Part shown: in pieces, positions 12,999 through 25,402 of the stretch
Layout of the letters: each line of letters starts with the position of its first letter
How positions within the stretch are numbered: the stretch's first letter is position 1
Origin: Jimgerdemannia flammicorona
Lineage: Eukaryota
Reading direction: 5' to 3'
Assembly (NCBI GenBank): GCA_003990765.1
Contig: RBNJ01000136.1
Coordinates: 1 to 39,722 of the forward strand
Length of the DNA stretch: 39,722 nucleotides
The notes under the pieces: model-generated
What the model saw: only the letters and a program-made list of their open reading frames with translations
The model's database searches: none
Told to the model about the DNA's origin: nothing
Program-made: the position numbers and the translations under genes

Positions 12999-14784
12999 AG
13001 GGGCTACAGGATGGACTCCATATTCTGGGGCATTATTTGCTACATTCTGAGCAACTACTGTAGGTCAGGTGTCCCAAGTGAGGGGTTTTTCAGGAAGGGT
13101 TCACTACTATTCTTCGGCAGGTCCTTGGAAGAATGTAATAACTTGGCAGAAATAGGCTGTGGTAGTAGCAAAGAGTTGTTCCAGAGTGTGGTCTTGATTG
13201 TTTGTCAGAAGGTGGTCAGCAACTTGCTCATTGGTCTATTGATTGGCTTCAAAGTTGGTATCAACTACACTAATGAAGCTTTGGACTTCTTGTACAGTAC
13301 CATTAAAGATAGGTAGGCTCAGATTTTTGGTAGGTTGGATCTGTTCAGCTAGGGCAATAATGGTTGCTGTCATTATAGCTACTTGAACTGTGAGGTCTAG
13401 AATCTGTTGGTTTGCCATATTGTTTACTGGAGATGGTTGGACTACTGATAGTGGTGTTACTGGTACTACTTGAGGTACTAGTGCAGAGTATGATGGAGTT
13501 CTTTGGATCTGTGTAAGTTGCTGGAGTAGTAGTTGTGGGTCTAGAGTGAGGGCTCAATAGATAGCTGTTTGTTGCTGTATAGGTGTGTTCTGTCCTGATG
13601 GAGATGCTTCTCCTTCTGTGGTGTATCCAGGATCGAATTCACTGAGATACTCCTCCTTCTCTTCAGTTTGGTCCCTGTGTAATTGGGTTTGCTCGATGTC
13701 AAAGTAGATAGAATTAGTTGTATATCTGATTTAAGATAGACTTAATTCAAAATCAAGTTCTGGTTCAGTGTTGGTTCCAGATTCAGATAGAGCTGTAGCA
13801 GGGCCTGCTTCTGGTTCTGGGTCAGGTAGTTGATAAAGGGTTTCTCTTGCTTCTTCTTTAAGAATATGATGGGCCTTGCTGTTCTGGAATTGGTAGTATA
13901 ATGTGGTCTTGGTCTTGGTATGGTGAAAGTCAGTAGAGTTGAGCCACTTGACTATAGAGGCTTGGGCTTCATGAGGGACTAAGGCTAGAAAGACTACTGC
14001 TAATTGTCCTAGGTTGCTCAGATTTGTAGTACTGACAAAACTCTTGTTGAGAAGAGTAAAGAAGATTTCTATAAGACCTTCTTTGTCTTGACTTGCTGGG
14101 TATAGAGCAAGGAGTTTGGTGAATAGGGTTTTGCCTATTTGCTGATTTAACTGGAGTATTTCTTTCTTTGAATGAAGTTTGTCCTACTTGTTGCAGGTGT
14201 GAAGGTCAAATTGTCCTTGTACATCAGGTTCAATTCTCTCCAGATTGTCAGATGGTTCAGGATAAATTCTAATTCAGAGGTTGGGCTCTATACCAACTTA
14301 TAGGAATTCACAGAGAGGTTTGTAGCTGAGTGAGAAAGTATCTTGAAGTAGAATTGGATTGTAAACCGCTGCTACCAAGTTGTAAAAGAGTTACTTTTTA
14401 GAGTAACCATTATGTAGTTCTGGAAGGGTTTTCTGGAAGTTTCTGGATATTCTGAAAGACTGTTTTCTTATGGTCAAGATCAATTTTGTATGGTGTATAT
14501 CCTCTATGCTTATTGATTTCAAGATTGGGTTGACATCTCAACCAAAGTCCTTTTTCAGACTAGTTCTGGATGTTCGGGATTTTCTATATTTCAGGAAGTT
14601 CAAGAAACTAAGACCAGCTTAGTTGAATTGGCATATCACTACAGACAATACCCAATTAGGAAATTTCATGATAAGGGTTAGGAGTGGGACCTAACAGAGA
14701 GTGGATTTACTTAAGAGTAGATTGTGGGTTATTAAATAGGTTTATTTGTTATTCATGATATTACTATACTAAGAGTAGTTGTAT
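12999..14784 (-). mobile_element. Element B remnant: gag N-terminus, leader, PBS and first 404 bp of a 5' LTR (14381-14784)
   Basis: MANQQILDL... at 13418; truncated at both ends by LTR termini of A and C. Confidence 0.9.
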
Positions 14785-15462
14785 TGTAAGAGGGTTGCTT
14801 TTTAGGGTAACCGTTACATAGTTCTGGAAGGATTTTCTGGATATTCTGGATGTTCTGGAAGACCGGTTTCTTATGGTCAAGATCAATTTCATATGGAGTA
14901 TGTCCTCTATGCTTATTGATTTCAAGATCGGGTTGATGTCTCAACTGAAGTCCTTTTCTGGACTAGTTCTGGATGTTCAGGATTTTCCGTATTTCAGGAA
15001 GTTCAAGAAACTAAGACCAGCTTAGTTGAATTGGTGTATCACTGCAGACAATACCCAATTAGGAAATTTCGTGATGGGGTTAGGAGTAGGACCTAACAGG
15101 GAGCGGATTTACTTAAGAGTAGTTTGTGGGTTATGGAATAGGTTTATTTGCTATTCATGATATTGCTATACTAGGAGTATTTGTGTGAAGGGGTATTGTG
15201 GAGAAGTGCTCAGGAGTTGTGTTCAGATTGTTTAAGTCTGAGATTCTGAGGTCTGGGAGAGGGGGTATTTATACTAGTGAGGGGCTATCTGAACTATACT
15301 AGATATAGATGTAGCACTAAGTGCCTTGCTGAGTCGGAATACAGTCATGTAGTACAAGTGTGATCTGACATGTCAAGAGATCGTCTGACTGCTGAGTCAG
15401 TTCACAGTCATGTCATACAAGGCTAATCTATCTATACTATGACTGCTAGACTATTTATAGGT

Positions 15463-16560
15463 TTAGGCACTATCTGGGTAGTCTTTGATGACATCACCAT
15501 CGATTGCATCATCTCTGATGAAGTAGTCGTCTAGGAATAATGATTCGTGAATTACTTCTCTTTGTTCGCTGAGGTAATAATACATTGGAACTTCATCTCC
15601 ATCCCACAGGATAGCATCATCTGTTTCGTATGCTGGATAAGGTGTTGGTGGGCGAAGAATGGGTGTATTATCTTTGCTTTCATCGGATTTGCTGTCTGCG
15701 TACCTTCTATAGGTTACAGCACTATGAGTTATGGGGTTGTAGTAAGCTAGCAGCTGTGGTTCATGTCGCTCATACTCGGGTGGTGGAGTGGTTGGTTCAA
15801 TCTCAAGGGTTGTCTGAAGGTATAGGTTGTATTCTCCGGTCTCTTCATTGTAATTGAAGTAATCGGGGGTGAATGCGGGTTGGTATTCGTGCCAGTGGTC
15901 ATTGTCCCAATAAGTCTTATATGTAGTTATGAACTGTTGTAAGTTCATCAGCAAGGTTGGCGGAGTGATCAGGGTTGGCAGAGATCCTTGGCTTGAGATC
16001 ATGTTGGCATCAGAGGGATCATTGTCTTCTGCTTCATCTTCGTTGAAGTGGATTATATCATAGACATCCTTCATGGCATATCCAACTTGAGGCATTTGTA
16101 GGATATGGTTATCAGGGTGCAGGAAGGTTCTGTCTGTGGTCTGGACATATTCGAGGTACTTGTGGTTGATTTCTTGTATCATGTCATTGATTTGGCCGTA
16201 GGACAGGGTAGTAACCATTTCGCTGGTAGTGACTCGGAGGCGGGGAATAAAGGTGTTATACTCATAGAAGAGTTCTCGATGTTTGTGGGTGATGAGCTTC
16301 TGGTGTTGAGACATCTGGGTCATATCTGTATCGTGGTGGTGTTCGACCATGTCTTCTAAGAGGCGGCCGATCTGGTAGTAGCTTGAGATTTGTCCTATTC
16401 GGTGGGCCTCACTAAGCATGTTCAGGGTGTTCCATCGGGCTTCCATGAAGTAGAGGGGGGCCAGGCTATGGATATTCATGAGGGGCAGAGGGGGTGTAGC
16501 TTAGTTGACAATGGCATTCCAAATGTCAGCACGGATGCGGTTGTAGATCTCAGTGGTCAT
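15463..16560 (-). CDS. LTR (U3)-encoded orphan protein, 365 aa consensus; near-intact copy with one stop at 16501-16503
   Basis: 338-aa open frame 15463-16479 plus 27 in-frame codons to a conserved ATG in ACACAAAC-ATG context; wholly inside the LTR. Confidence 0.85.
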
Positions 16561-16629
16561 GTTTGTGTGTTTGGAAGTTGTAGTTGTTGTTTGTTTTGAT
16601 TCTCTGATTCGATACGTCTCGGTGCTTGG

Positions 16630-16735
16630 TATATATACATTTGGTCCTGATTGGTAAGATTCCGTTTGTGTAATTCTTGTATTCTGTGACTTTGTATTGA
16701 CTCAGCTTTGTGCACTGTGACTTTGGTTTGACTCA
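16630..16735 (-). promoter_or_regulatory. Candidate internal promoter of the LTR ORF: two TGAGTCA sites and TATATA ~70 nt upstream of the ATG
   Basis: TGACTCA at 16698-16704 and 16729-16735, TATATATA at 16630-16637; recurring in type A LTRs. Confidence 0.5.
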
Positions 16736-17241
16736 GCTTCGTGATCAAGCAGGTGATTTCCAGATTTGTTCAGAGGTTGCGTGTGATTTCAGTAGCTTGG
16801 AGGTTGTGCACTTACAACTCTCCCCTTCTTAGCTTTTGACATCCTCATCAGGGCCTTCTAATTTGTTCTAGTGTTGTTATACCATTTGGGAGGTCAAAAG
16901 TCTGGTAAGGTCCATTTTCTCAGAAAGTGGCATGCTCGTAGTACAGTTGCCTAACATATTGGATTCACATGTTAAAGGGTCATATGTTCAATACCGTGTG
17001 CCGGAAGTGATTCTGACGTCATTCACTGCTGGAGAATTTCCTCTAAGAAATCTTCTTAAATGTCTACACCTTGTTTCTCACCAGTAGTACAGGGAGAATA
17101 GGCTTGCTTTCAGTTTTGCTATTTTTCCAGAGGGTCAGTATTCTTGTCTTGTTTTGCTGAGTTCGTGATTTGGTTCATGATAGTTATAATATTCAGGAGG
17201 GTAATATATAGTATGTATGGATAGGTGCAGAGTATTTGGTT

Positions 17242-20200
17242 CTAGTTGTTTAAGGAATCATATTCCTGAACTAGATCAGTAGCATTCCAGAGATTGGTCT
17301 TGGGTTCCCAGGTTGCATCATGGATTGAGTAACCTTTCCATTTGACAAGGTACTCCAGATGGTTCTTGTTTCCGTGTTTGTTGAGGATTTGTTCAACTTT
17401 GTACTCTTCTTAGTCATTAATGATGACAGGTGCAGGTAGTTTGGTGGTCTGGTTTGGAAATAGCTCATCATCATTGTCATTATATCGCTTGAGACATTGA
17501 ACATTAAAGACTGGGTGAATCTTAATGGTGTCTGGTAGCGCCAGTTTGTAGGAGGTTGGAGAGACTTGTGCAATGACTTCAAATGGTCCAATGAACTTGC
17601 TGTTCAGCTTTGTAGATGGTCTATGCTTGAGGTTGTCAACTCGGTATCCTCTGATGTCTAGTAGGACTTTTTCTCCAATATCAAAAGTTTCTTCTCGGTG
17701 GTGTTGGTTAACATACTGTGACTGTTGTTCTTGAGCTCGTGATAAATTCTCAATTGTAATCTGGCTTAGATTGCGTATTCAGAGTAGGAATTCTTTAATA
17801 GCTTCGACTGTGGAGGGTTCATTGGTAGTTCGGATAAGTGTCAAAGGGGTGTTTGGGTTTTGTCCAGTATTAGTGAAGAATGGGGTTATTCCAAGAGAGG
17901 CTTGCTTGCTGTTATTATAGGCAAACTCGACTGTGGTGAGAAGTTTATGCCAATCATCTTGTCTGTAGGAGACATAGTTCCTTAGCATTTGTTCCAGAGT
18001 TCGGTTCATTCTTTCAGTTTGGCCATCAGTTTCAGGGTGAAAGGCTGTGGATAGTACAAGTTTCATTCCAAGGTATGCATGGAGGGCTTTCCAAAAATAG
18101 CTGGTGAACTTTGGATCTTGGTCACTAATAATGATCTTAGGAAGACCATGATGGCGGAAGATATTGTCAAACAAGAGTGTAGCTATGTCTGGTGCTATTG
18201 CAGTAGTGGTAGTAGGCACAAAGTGGGCTTGTTTACTGAGGTAGTCCACAAAGACAACAATTGCATCTTTCCTGTTCTTAGTTCAAGATAGTTATACAAT
18301 GAAGTCCATAGAGATTTGTTCCCAATTTGCAGATAGTACTGGGATAGGGTGAAGTAAGCTGGGTTTTGCTAGTGTTGAGGACTTGTTTCGTTGGCAGGCA
18401 TCACAGGAAGTGATATAGGTTTTGAGCTGATCTGCCATGTGGGGCCAATAGAAGTTTTGGGAGATAACTTTATAATATTTATCAAATCCTAAATGTCCAG
18501 CTGTAGGGGCATCATGACATTTGAATAGGATAGTCCTTCGGAGGTCTCGGTTGTTTGGAACATACAATTTGTCCTTATAGTAGATAGCATTGTCCTTGAG
18601 TTGGTATTGATTGTGCTGGGTATGCTTGTCAGCATCATCATTGTTCAGGATTTCTTGGAGTACTTGAGCTTCTTTATCATCAACACATGCTGCGATGATT
18701 TGTTCCATGATAGTGTTGGTAACCAAGGTCAGAGTTTGGATAACCTCTTCGATTGGTGGTCTGAAGATTGCATCGGCAACAATATTTTCCTTGCCAGAGT
18801 GGTATTGGATTTCGTAGTCAAAGTTGGTAAGGACTTTCATCCATCTAGCTTACTTTCGAGAAAGGGTAGCCTGTGTCTTGATGTTGACTAATGACTTATG
18901 GTCAGTTAGTACAGTGAAGTGTGCTCCTTCTAGATATGGTCGCCATTTGATCAGAGTGTCTATGATGGCTAGCATTTCCTTCTCGTGAGTTGCGTAGTTG
19001 ATTTCAGTATCATTGAACTTACAGGAGTGATAGGCCACAGGGTGTCCTTCTTGCATGAACACTGCTCCAAGAGCTAGGTCAGAGGCATCAGTGGTGACTT
19101 CATATGGTAGGGCAGGGTTTGCCACTTGAAGTACTGGTGTGGTTATCAGAGTATCTTTCAGTGCTTAGAAGGCGGTATCTTATTCGGGTCCCCAATTTAC
19201 AAGATTGTTGAAGTCTTTCTCTTGTTTCATGGTCCAAGGTTGTTCTTGTTTCTTGCTGTACTTGGTCATTTGGGTGAGAGCAGTAGCAATTTTAGTGAAG
19301 TTGGCAACAAATTGCCTGTAATAGTTTGCTAATCCCAGGAATGACTGGAGGTCTTTCAGCTTCTTGGGTGTGGGCCAATCTTTGATTGTTGAGATTTTGC
19401 TGGGGTCCACTTTGATTCTATTTGGAGTGACAATGTGTCCAAGGAATTGAATTTCTTTCAGAAGAAATTTGCACTTGCTGAGTTTTGTGAAGAGTTGGTT
19501 TTCTCGGAGTTTTAGTAACACTAGTTCAAGGTGTTCAAGATGTTCTTCCAGGGTTTTGCTGAAGACTAGAATGTCATCAATGTAGACAACAATGAATTTG
19601 TCTAGGTATGGATGCAGAATGGTATTCATCAGTATCTGGAAGATTGCTGGAGCATTAGTTAAGCCAAAGGGCATAACCAGAAACTCGAAGTATCTATAGT
19701 GAGTTCGGAAAGCTGTCTTGTAGATGTCTTCTTCTTTCATGGCAATTTGCCAGTAACTATTTCACAGATCGAAAGAGCTCATGAATTGTGGGTTGGTAAG
19801 TCTATCGAATATTTCATCAATCTTCGGTAGTGGACAATAGTTCTTGATGGTCTGTTCATTGAGATCGCAGTAGTCAATGCACATTCGCAGGTCTCCTCCT
19901 TTTTTGACAACAAAGAGGACTGGTGCACCATAGAGTGATACACTGGGTCTGATGAATTCTTGTTCTAGGAGTTTATCGATTTCCTTCTTGAGTATATCAA
20001 TTTCTCTTGGAGATATATGGTAGATTGACTTGAAGGCTGGTTTGGCATCTGGGATAGTCTTGATTGCATGGTCTACTGCTCATTTGGGAGGTAGGCCTTT
20101 TGGGAGCTTCTTTGGAAATATGTCTTGGAATTTCTGGAGTAGTGGTCTGACATGGCTGTCAACTTTGGAAAAATCTTCTTCAGAGTTCTCGGGTTCTCCT

Positions 20201-22378
20201 TTGGATGGTCGGATGGAGATGGCGAAGAGAGGGCATTTCTTGGCCAATTTCTTGAGTTGTAGCTTGTTGATGTGGGTGATCTTTGGTCCAGGGTCACTAG
20301 AGTTGAGTGAGTCCTTTTTGCCTTGTAGTTTGAAGTTGTGGTGTCCTTTCTTGATGGTCAGAGAATGGTTTACCCAATCAATCATGGGGTTCTCTTGTTT
20401 TAACCATGGAGTCCCAAGGATGATTTCATTGTCAGGAAGTGGTACAATTTGGAGGGTAACATGTACTCGGTAGTTGCCAATTCGGAAGGGTAGATTGCGG
20501 ACTTCTTTGCTAATAACATGTGAGGTTCCATCAGCTGTAGTAACTGCTTGAGTTTGCTGTACTGGGGAGGTGAAGACCTTGAGTCTGTTGGCTGTCTCTT
20601 CATTAATGAAGTTGCCTGAGGCACCACTGTCTATCATAATCTTGACAGGTGCTCCATTGACAAAAGCTTTAAGGGTGAGCAGTTTGTCTGATCCAATGGT
20701 GGTGATTTCAGTTGTACATAGGAGCCTTTCTTCTGTTGGTTCTTCTTTGAGCCAGTTCGTTGACACAAGAGAAATAATCATCAATCATTCGAGAAGAGTA
20801 TATTTCAATGCCATGAGGGCATCGGCCACTTGGTATATATCCATCTTTGATCTTCTTGTAGAATTGTTCTTCTTTGCTCATGGTAGGTTGGGCTAGGGTC
20901 TTGTTTGATGAACCAAATCCTTTGGATTCTCGGATGGTGGGTAGTAGTTCAGGGACTTCCTTGACTGTCAGGGTTGACTCGATTTTTTCAAATAGGATCT
21001 GGGTGATGCAGAAGTCAGTAGGGATCTTGAAGGGTGTCCAACTGTGGTTTTGGATGAGGACAATAATTTCGCCTGTGTAATCCTCATCAATGACTCCTCC
21101 TTCTACTAAGAGTCCTTTCAATGCTAGGCTGCTGTAGCAGCATATTCTTCCAACATGTCCTTCAGGGATTTGGATACTGATTCCTGTATAGACTTGTTTG
21201 ACTTCTCAGTTGGAAACTGTAGTTTCTTCAGCTGCATACAGGTCATATCTGGCTGCTTTTAGATTTCCTTTGGTTGGGGCCTTAGCAGTTTGTCTTAACT
21301 TGACAAAGTCTAGTATTCTGGTGGTCAGGTTGTTGAGGTAGTGAAGAGTGGTAACAGTTGCTCGTGTTGCTGTTTGGAGTTTCTGATTAGGGCAGGCATT
21401 GGCCATGTGTCCTGTCTTTCGGCAATAGAAATATGCTCCACTTCTTCGAAGTTCATTCCTTTCACCTTCAGTGAGTTTCTTAAAGGTACTGGGCTGGGTG
21501 GGTTCAGGATTTCTGGGTATCCAAGAGGTGGATATGGAGGGAGCTCGAGATGCTTCATGCTTGGGTTCTTCTTTCTTGGTCCAAGTCTTTTCCTTGTTGT
21601 TAAATTGTCTTCGGGGCAGAATTGGTCCAGCTGTTGGGATTTGCTTGACCATGGACTTTATTCTTGTCAGGCACCATTGTTGGTGATCACAACCAACTGG
21701 ACAGTCTTGTTCTCGGATTTTTCTAGTAAGCCATTCAGACAGGGCATTGAATAAGTGGTCTACTCTTATACCATTTCGTGCTTCATCATTGGCAACATAT
21801 CCTAGGCCAACAGTGTTCAGAAGTGACTCGAGTTTTGTACAGAAGGTTTTGAATTCTTCTTTGCCATGTACATCAAATTTGAGGTTGTGGAGTTTTACTC
21901 GAGATTCGGCAATCATGGTTTTGCTGCGATATTGAGCAATCATGAGTTGTTTGAGTCCAGGGGCTGCAGGATGGGCTCCATATCCTGGGGCATTGTTTGC
22001 TGCATTCTGGGCAACTACTACAGGTCGGGTATCCTATGTGAGGGGTTTTTCAGGAAGGGTTCACCACCATTCTTCGGCAGGTCCTCGGAAGAATGTAACA
22101 ACTTGGCAGATATATGCTGTAGTGGTAGCAAAGAGTTGTTCTAGGGTGTGGTCTTGATTGTTTGTCGGAACATGGTCAGCAACTCACTCATTGGTCCATT
22201 GATTGACTTCAAAGTTGGTGTCAACTACACTAATGAAGCTTTGGACTTCTTGTACAGTACCATTGAAGGTAGGTAGGCTCAGATTTTTGGTAGGTCGGGT
22301 CTGTTCAGCTAAGGCAGTAATGGTTGCTGCCATTATAGCTACTTGGGCTGTGAGGTCTAGAATCTGTTGGTTTGCCAT
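17242..22378 (-). pseudogene. Gag-dUTPase-PR-RT-RH-IN-chromodomain polyprotein of element C (stops, 4-nt frameshift near 20715)
   Basis: YIDD intact; integrase HHCC (CHDAPTAGH...CDAC) and core; knuckle 21392-21433; dUTPase ~20905-21310; IDSGAS ~20625; 5137 nt = A + 4. Confidence 0.95.
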
Positions 22379-23233
22379 GTTGTTTACTGGAGGTGGCTGG
22401 ACTACTAGTAGTGGTGTTACTGATACTACTTGAGATACTGGTGCAGAGTGTGATGGGGTTCTTTGGGTCTGTATAAGCTGCTGGAGTAGTAGTTGTGGAT
22501 CTGGAGTGAGGGCTTGATAGATAACTGTTTGTTGTTGTATAGGTGTATTCTGTCCTGATGGGAGTGCATCTCCTTCAGTGGTGTATCCAGGATTGAATTT
22601 GGTGAGATACTCCTCCTCTTCTTCAGTTTGGTCCTCGTGTAATTGGGTTTGCTTGGCATCAAAGTAGATAGAATCAGTTGTATATCTGATTTCAGATGGA
22701 CTTAATTCAAAGTCAAGTTCAGGTTCAATATTGGTTTCAGATTCAGATAGGGCTGTAGCAGGGTCTGCTTCAGGTTCAGAATCAGATAGTTGATGAAGGG
22801 TTTCTCTTGCTTCTTCTTTAAGGATATGGTGAGCCTTGCTGTTCTAGAATCGGTAATATAAGGCGGTCTTGGTCCTGGTATGGTGGAAGTCAGTAGAGTT
22901 GAGCCACTTGACTACAGAGGCTTGGGCTTCATGAGGAACTAAGGCTAGAAAGACTGCTGCTGGTTGTCCTAGGTCGCTTGGATTTGTGGAGCTAACAAAA
23001 CTCTTGTTGAGAAGAGTAAAGAAGACTTCAATAAGACCTTCTTCATCTTGACTTGCTGGGTGTAGTGTAAGGAGTTTGGTGAATAGGGTTTCGCCTATTT
23101 GCTGGTTTAACCGGAGTACTTCTTTCTTTGAATGAAGTTTATCCCACTTGTTGCAGGTGTGGAGGTCAAATTGTCCTTGTACGTCAGATTCAATTCTCTT
23201 CAGATTGTCAGATAGTTCAGGATAAATTCCAGT
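22379..23233 (-). pseudogene. AUG-less gag-upstream frame, element C copy
   Basis: 855 nt, in frame with ATG 22378; the stops seen in copy A are sense codons here. Confidence 0.7.
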
Positions 23234-23340
23234 TCAGAGGTTGGGCTTTATACCAACTTGTAGGAATTCTCAGAAGAGTTTGTAGCAGGGTGAGGAAGCA
23301 TCTTGAAGTGGAATTGGATTGTAAACCACTGCTACCAAGT

Positions 23341-25402
23341 TGTAAGAGGGTTACTTTTTAGGATAACTGTTACGTAGTTCTGGAAAGATTTTCTGGATAT
23401 TCTGGATATTCTGGAAGACTGTTTTCTTATGGTCAAGATCAATTTCATATGGAGTACATCCTCTATACTTATTGATTTTAAGATTGGGTTGATGTCTCAA
23501 CCAAAGTCCTTTTCTGGACTAGTTCTGGATGTTCAGGATTTTCCGTATTTCAGAAAGTTCAAAAAACTAAGACCAGCTTAGTTGAATTGGCGTATCGCTG
23601 CAGACAATACCCAATTAGGAAATTTTGTGATGGGGTTAGGAGTAGGACCTAACAAGGAGCAGATTTACTTAAGAGTGGTTTGTGGGTTATGGAATAGGTT
23701 TATTTGCTATTTATGATATTGCTATACTAGGAGTAGTTGTGTGAAGAGGTATTGTGGGGAAGTATTCAGAAATATTCTTGTATGTTCAAGTCTGTTCAAG
23801 TCTGAGATTCTGAGGTCTGGGAGAGGGGGTATTTATACTAGTGAGGGGCTATCTGGACTATGCTAGATATGGATATAGCACTAAGTGCCTTGCTGAGTCG
23901 GAATGCAGTCACATAGTTCTGACATATCAAGAGATCGTCTGACTGCTAAGTCAGTTCACAGTCATGTTGTACAAGGCTAATCTAACTATACTATGACTGC
24001 TAGGCTATTTATGGGTTTAGGTGCTGTCTGGATAGTCCTTGATGATATCACCATCGATTGTATCATCTCTAATGAAGTAGTCATCTAGAAATAATGGTTC
24101 GTGGATTACTTCTCCTTGTTCACTGAGATAATAGTACATTGGAACTTCATCTTCATCCCACAGGATAGCATCATCCATCTCATATGCTGGATAAGGTGTT
24201 AGTAGACAAAGGAGTGGTGCATTGTCTTCACTTTTATCGGATTCACTATCTGCATACCTTCTATAGGTTACGGTACTGTGAGTTGCGGGGTTATAGTATG
24301 CTGGCAGCTGTGGTTCATGTCATTCGTACTCTGGTGGTAGAGTGGTTGGTTCGATCTCGAGGGTTGTCTGGAGGTACAGGTTGTATTCTCCGGTCTCTTC
24401 ATTATAGTTGAAGTAATCGGGGGTGAATGTGGGTTGGTATTCGTGCCAGTGGTTATTGTTCCAATAAGTCTCATATACAGTTATGAACTGTTGTAAGTTC
24501 ATCGGTAAGGTTGGCGGAGTGATCAGGGTTGGCAGAGATCCTTGGCTAGAGGTCATGTCAGTATCAGAGAGATCATTGTCTTCTGCTTCGTCTTCATCAA
24601 AGTAGATTATATCATAGATGTCCTTCATAGCATATCCAACTTGGGGCATTTGCAGGATATGATCATTGGGGTATGGGAAGGCTCTGTCTGTAGTTTCAAC
24701 ATACTTGAGATACTTATGGTTGAGTTCTTGTATCATGTCGTCGATTTGACTATAGGACAGGGTAGCAACCATTTCACTGATAGTGACTCGGAGGTAGGGA
24801 ATAAAGGTACTGTACTTATAGAAGAGTTCTCAATATTTGTGGGCGATGAGCTTCTGGTGTTGAGACATCTGGGTAATGTCTGTATCATGGTGGTGTTCGA
24901 TTATGTCTTCCAGGAGGCGGCTGATCTGGTAGTAGCTTGAGATTTGTCTGATTCAGTGGGCCTCGCTAAGCATGTTCAGAGTGTTCCATCAGGCTTCCAC
25001 AAAGTAGAGGGGTGCCAAGCTATGGATATTCATGAGGGGCAGAGGGGGTGTGGCTCGGTTGACAATGGCATTCCAAATGTCAGCACAGATATAGTTGTAG
25101 ATCTCAGTGGTCATGTTTGTCTGTTTGGAAGTTGTGGTTGTTGTTTGTTTTGGTTCTCTGATTTGATGTGTCTCGGTGCTCAGTATATATGCATTTAGTC
25201 CTGATTGGTAAGATTCTGTTTGTGTAAATCTTGTATTCTGTGACTTTGTATTGACTCAGCTTTGTGCACTGTGACTTCAGTTTGACTCAGCTTCATGATC
25301 ACACAGGTGATTTCCAGATTTGTTTAGAGGTCGCATGTGATTTCAGTGGCTTGTTCAGAGAGTGACGTGTAATTTCGGTAGCTTGGAGGTTGTGTGCTTA
25401 CA
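23341..25402 (-). repeat. 5' LTR of element C (LTR ORF pseudogene at 24017-25114)
   Basis: Termini, adjacent PBS, 1098-nt ORF remnant. Confidence 0.95.

Larger units (their letters stand above)
14785..16816 (-). repeat. 3' LTR of element C
   Basis: TGTAAG...CTTACA termini; PPT adjacent. Confidence 0.95.
14785..25402 (-). mobile_element. Element C: near-complete, best-preserved copy
   Basis: LTRs 14785-16816 and 23341-25402, PPT, PBS, full domain set. Confidence 0.95.

Noticed and set aside
15463-16479. env gene
   Set aside because: No signal peptide or transmembrane segment visible; strongly acidic and located within the LTR
16557-16748. Longer N-terminus of the LTR ORF reaching the LTR start
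   Set aside because: In frame only in element A LTRs; most copies differ by 1 nt just upstream of the ATG, and the 32-bp unit varies
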